Positions 25,301-27,862 of a stretch of 27,862 nucleotides of DNA are shown here, in pieces. The first letter of the stretch is position 1; every line of letters begins with the position of its first letter. The stretch comes from a virus (Duplodnaviria > Caudoviricetes), in the IMG/VR virus record IMGVR_UViG_3300046007_007938, positions 1-27,862 of that record, one strand, 5' to 3'. The notes beneath the pieces are model-generated. The model was not told the DNA's origin, made no database searches, and saw only the letters and a program-made list of their open reading frames with translations. Both the position numbers and the translations under genes were made by a program.

Positions 25301-27862
25301 TGTTGCTATGTGAGGTGCTAAAGCTGGGGCTTGGAAGTCACCAGATGCATTTCCTCTAATATAAAAATAACTTGAACCATCACTTACTTCTAATTTAGCT
25401 CCGGGAGATGTAGTGCCTATACCTATGTTACCTCCACTGGTGATACGCATTCTTTCAGTGTTACCTGTTCTAAATTCTATACGAGAGCCTGCTGATCCAT
25501 AGATATTAATACTATTTTGATCATTTTCAACACCAGATCCATTTAATCTTAACCATCCATTAGTTCCTGCTCCATTTAAATAAACAGCGTTATTTGTACC
25601 ATAATAAGATAAAGTACCATCAGTAGCATATAGACTTGAATTGACAGGAGCTATTAGCATACCTGTTGTAATTTTTAAATCACCAGCTACTTCAAGTTTA
25701 TACCCTGGAGATGTAGTACCTATACCAACATTACCATTGGATTGAAGGATAGTAAATAATGTTGTTCCAAAATTACTAGTGTATATTTGAAATGAATTTG
25801 CATTACCTCCTATGTAAACACCACCAGCAGCTTCTCCAGATCTAAATAATCCTATTTGAGCACTACCATTTACAGCAGTGAATCTTGTATATCCATTAGC
25901 ATCATATGATGTTATTTGACCAGCAGCATCAACAACATGAAGTTTACCACTTGGAGATGTAGTACCAATACCAACATTACCATCAGTTGTGATTGTCATT
26001 CTTCTTGTAACAGTACCTACAGCACCTGTATCAAATCCTAATCCCATAGGTGCACCACTCCAAGCTGTTCTTTCACCTGTTATTCTAGCACCTAATCTAT
26101 CTACTTCATCTGTGAAATTTATATGTGATAACCAAGTTGCACTATTACTTTCTACGTGGTTTTTAAATAAGCGAATATTACCCTCATATATTTCTAATTT
26201 GTCTGTTGGTGATGAAGTACCTATACCTAAGTTACCATCAAAGTTCATCACCATTACTTGGGAATTATTCTTATTCCAGCTATATAGATCACCTGCTGCT
26301 TTACTAGAAGCAGTACCTATAATAGATGTCATTTCAGAATCCCAGTTACCAACATTATATACTAAACGAGCTCCACCTTGTATCCAAAATTCATCTGAGT
26401 GTACTCCTGTTCCTTGGAAGTCATTATATACACCTATTGAGAAACGAGCATCTTCTGTTGTTGGAGCTCCTTGAACATTAGCTGAATCATCTTGGAATAA
26501 GATGAATCCCATATCTGAAGTAGCATTTACTTTAGATTCAAATTGAATCCAAGCATTACCACCATTTGTCGCTGGTTGTAAACGAATTGTTTTTCCGTCT
26601 CTAGTTCCTAAATCAAGTTTAGCGGCTGGACTTGAAGTACCTATACCAACATTAGTTCCATTGTCAAAAATTAAACTATCTCCAATAGTGGTAGAACCTG
26701 TAAATTTAGATACATAGTTTGTAGTACCTCCTGGGCTTACACCTGTAGCACCTTGTGTACCTTGAGCACCAGTTGTGCCTTGAGCACCTGTAGTACCCTG
26801 TGTTCCTGTTGTACCCTGAGCGCCAGTAGTTCCTTGAGCTCCAGTTATACCTTGAGCGCCTGTTGTTCCCTGAGTTCCTGTAGTACCTTGTGCACCTGTA
26901 GTTCCTTGAGCTCCAGTTGTACCTTGTGCACCTGTTGTACCTTGTATACCTTGAATACCTTGAGTACCTGTTGTACCCTGAGACCCAGTTGTACCCTGTG
27001 TACCAGTTGTACCTTGTATACCTTGTATACCCTGAGTACCCTGTGTTCCAGTTGTACCTTGTATACCTTGTATACCTTGTGTTCCTTGAGTACCCTGTGT
27101 ACCTTGAACACCTTGTAAACTTAAATCTGTTCTATATCTTAAATTACCACTTGTATCAGCAACTACAATATTAGTTTCAGTTGTACCTTGTGGTATGTTT
27201 GTATATGCTAATGATCCTGTTACACTTAATGAACCAGTAAATTGATGTGTATTAGAAGTTAATGAACCAAATCTAGTAGAACCTGTTACAAAAGCAACTG
27301 ATGAAGTCACAATTTGAACAACTAATGTTTGCGCTGTTAAAGTACCTCTAACAGTAAAATCATCAGCTGAAGACGCTGTTGCGGCGTATGAGGCTGTATA
27401 AGTGAAAGATGCTGTTGTTGCTGTTGCAGCATTTCCACTAATGGAAGCACTAATAAATGATTTATTTTCCCATTTAGTGGCAGTTGTATCATAAACTAAT
27501 GCTTGTCCATTTAGAGGACCTGATATTAATACATCAGATAGACCTGCTAATGTTTGAGTTATTGTTGATCCTCCACCTCCTGATCCTCCTACTGATCTAA
27601 ACAGACCTCCAGCCTGAATAGCATATGAGTCAGTAACTGTAAAATCAGCGTCATTTCTTACAATAATTGCTCCTAAATAGATTGCGTTTGCTGCTGTATT
27701 TGGTGCTTCAACAAACGGTTCAAAAGCAATATTTGATGTTGCATCTACTAGACTGGCATATGTAGCATTACCATAATAAACGACTATAGCTTTAGCTACA
27801 CTATTAGGGAAATAGAATACTCTTTGAATAGAAAATTCTCTGTTTGATCCTCCTCCTGGTAC
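22373..27862 (-). CDS. Giant tail fibre/adhesin with collagen-like segment, GNVGIGTT-repeat modules and C-terminal peptidase S74 intramolecular chaperone; 5' end outside the window
   Basis: The frame of the listed 1645-aa ORF stays open with no stop from 27310 to 27862 (...[29 protein letters not shown]...[23 protein letters not shown]...), so the GTG at 27310 is internal and the protein exceeds 1829 aa. C-terminus [10 protein letters not shown]...IGVIAQEV...[17 protein letters not shown]. Confidence 0.9.
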   Translation of the reverse strand, partial: VPGGGSNREFSIQRVFYFPNSVAKAIVVYYGNATYASLVDATSNIAFEPFVEAPNTAANAIYLGAIIVRNDADFTVTDSYAIQAGGLFRSVGGSGGGGSTITQTLAGLSDVLISGPLNGQALVYDTTATKWENKSFISASISGNAATATTASFTYTASYAATASSADDFTVRGTLTAQTLVVQIVTSSVAFVTGSTRFGSLTSNTHQFTGSLSVTGSLAYTNIPQGTTETNIVVADTSGNLRYRTDLSLQGVQGTQGTQGTQGIQGIQGTTGTQGTQGIQGIQGTTGTQGTTGSQGTTGTQGIQGIQGTTGAQGTTGAQGTTGAQGTTGTQGTTGAQGITGAQGTTGAQGTTGTQGTTGAQGTTGAQGTQGATGVSPGGTTNYVSKFTGSTTIGDSLIFDNGTNVGIGTSSPAAKLDLGTRDGKTIRLQPATNGGNAWIQFESKVNATSDMGFILFQDDSANVQGAPTTEDARFSIGVYNDFQGTGVHSDEFWIQGGARLVYNVGNWDSEMTSIIGTASSKAAGDLYSWNKNNSQVMVMNFDGNLGIGTSSPTDKLEIYEGNIRLFKNHVESNSATWLSHINFTDEVDRLGARITGERTAWSGAPMGLGFDTGAVGTVTRRMTITTDGNVGIGTTSPSGKLHVVDAAGQITSYDANGYTRFTAVNGSAQIGLFRSGEAAGGVYIGGNANSFQIYTSNFGTTLFTILQSNGNVGIGTTSPGYKLEVAGDLKITTGMLIAPVNSSLYATDGTLSYYGTNNAVYLNGAGTNGWLRLNGSGVENDQNSINIYGSAGSRIEFRTGNTERMRITSGGNIGIGTTSPGAKLEVSDGSSYFYIRGNASGDFQAPALAPHIATGDFTIYAGAIGSGTARVTVKNGGNVGIGTTNPQASLDIKVQSGVNMYRATDSSNQYRWRVDQNFEMFLTNSSGTDIVEIGQDKTYFNNGSVGIGTTTPNFIFQVKQTTNANFYVGAAVNVANAIVIGGVNDAANANIPIEVRYATTFALVDTGTTRVTVASGNVGIGTTSPSFTLDVTGTGRFTSTLTSGARIQAQGSNGDGTAQGGFWINYNANANSRSWLINNDYNVFGDFAILQTTTQTGSTFDAKIYIKNDGNVGIGTILPIGKQHNLITSNGTALFLNNNTGGTGAFVDLDFTTYSTTTSGYANASATIRVIDDGDYSGHITFRAKGNSIGASQTERVRIQSNGNVGIGTTTVTDKLEVRGADNGITISSLSANRPVLQFINGSTMMLKLSANGTYGAIADTTGDVMIFKGGSVGIGSTSPSYKLDVSGTYRLGPTNGVYFQSYAYGPEMNLSGLNDGGWARASRITTSDTSNTVFFGVLGNSTSLSRAYWNVGNPSDETGYTYSTGISLLPGGNVGIGSTSPAVKLDINGNTVIRGSLAFKTTDTNNGNLVISDNGGGTATINNSANSFLNISSASNTTITAGNFIVSNGNVGIGTTSMWNNEILSVQRASTGTLSTVPAILRLTNNGSGRVAKLLMTDSAIIDGIICMVPVNNTDSYFSFGFAGYTESGLVVRSNGNVGVGTTAPAAPLQVNGIIRVNASSGNGYQIFDGSTERMHIYHNSSINGIEFNTGATSSANMLFYVNGNSAIRINSSGNVGINTTSPAARLDVAGNGRFVSGAAYALEINQNAANNDFNDAIFISNTQSGQRVQLGMSTNDADGQHHRVSLRAYKGSGTYEGVFGIVMRQTNANHTQRLTLTAAGTLTVDGDVVAYSDKRTKENIKTIENSLDKVLSLRGVSYNRIDESDKSPKIGVIAQEVQEILPEVVFKQEDGMLGVSYGNIVGVLIEAIKELKTEVEDLKYLLSQKQN
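22393..22401 (-). promoter_or_regulatory. ATATTTAT motif inside the last codons of the fibre gene
   Basis: Minus-strand AATATTTAT 26 nt before the ATG at 22366; could be chance in AT-rich coding DNA. Confidence 0.35.
22995..26656 (-). repeat. 15 dispersed direct repeats encoding G(N/S)VGIGTTxP, spaced 198-420 nt
   Basis: Consensus GGTAATGTTGGTATAGGTACTACA near 26641, 26221, 25966, 25720, 25417, 25219, 25021, 24802, 24520, 24241, 24037, 23731, 23500, 23239 and 23005. Confidence 0.9.
26735..27112 (-). repeat. Collagen-like (Gly-X-Y)42 repeat, proline-free ([12 protein letters not shown])
   Basis: Uninterrupted 9-nt periodicity; translation GVQ GTQ GTQ ... GAT GVS. Confidence 0.95.

Noticed and set aside
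22995-26656. CRISPR array interpretation of the repeat-spacer pattern
   Set aside because: Spacers are 198-420 nt, all multiples of three and protein-coding; repeats are degenerate; no cas genes are present.
2114-27174. Plus-strand ORFs in the track (e.g. 2114..2347, 8237..8536, 9494..9904, 23343..23777, 25989..26474, 26753..27118) and short alternate-frame minus ORFs (2454..2711, 5767..5952, 26845..27111)
   Set aside because: They overlap long, motif-bearing minus-strand genes and are antisense or off-frame shadows, several produced by the collagen or polyQ repeats.
27308-27310. GTG start assigned to the 1645-aa fibre ORF
   Set aside because: The frame is open with no stop up to the window end at 27862, so the true start lies outside the window.
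1-27862. Stop-codon reassignment as in some Bacteroidota phages
   Set aside because: Genes are full length in the standard code, and TAG (10329, 21135) and TGA (15955, 16617) end genes at sensible boundaries.
21135-27862. Diversity-generating retroelement or invertase shufflon acting on the fibre
   Set aside because: No reverse transcriptase, adenine-variant TR/VR pair, recombinase or inverted cassette is visible in the window.

Overview
AT-rich fragment of a large tailed dsDNA phage with a contractile tail (myovirus). The host is probably in Bacteroidota; this is an inference from a TAnnTTT-like upstream motif, few Shine-Dalgarno sites, DUF6734-like genes and a SusC-type LDEVVVTG motif. All credible genes lie on the minus strand and use the standard code. 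In transcription order (right to left): (1) a giant fibre protein open past the window edge (>1829 aa; collagen-like segment, 15 GNVGIGTT repeats, S74 chaperone) and two small proteins with Thr-Pro or poly-Pro tracts; (2) a tightly coupled seven-gene modification operon (two DUF6734-like GT-A proteins, a prolyl 4-hydroxylase, a GH130-like propeller, a methyltransferase-TPR protein, a DUF6445-like 2OG-Fe(II) oxygenase, a GT2); (3) three small proteins; (4) tail sheath, tube, a gp26-like chaperone with a probable +1 frameshift, tape measure, tube initiator, LysM protein and hub; (5) a compact, divergent family A DNA polymerase cut by the left edge. Best novelty candidates: a phage-encoded hydroxyproline/O-glycosylation system for virion fibres, a TonB-box mimic on a polyQ tether in a baseplate protein, a +1 frameshift at TTT-CTT-TGG, and DNA-conserved module junctions in the fibre gene. 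Family calls come from motif recognition by eye; no database searches were run.
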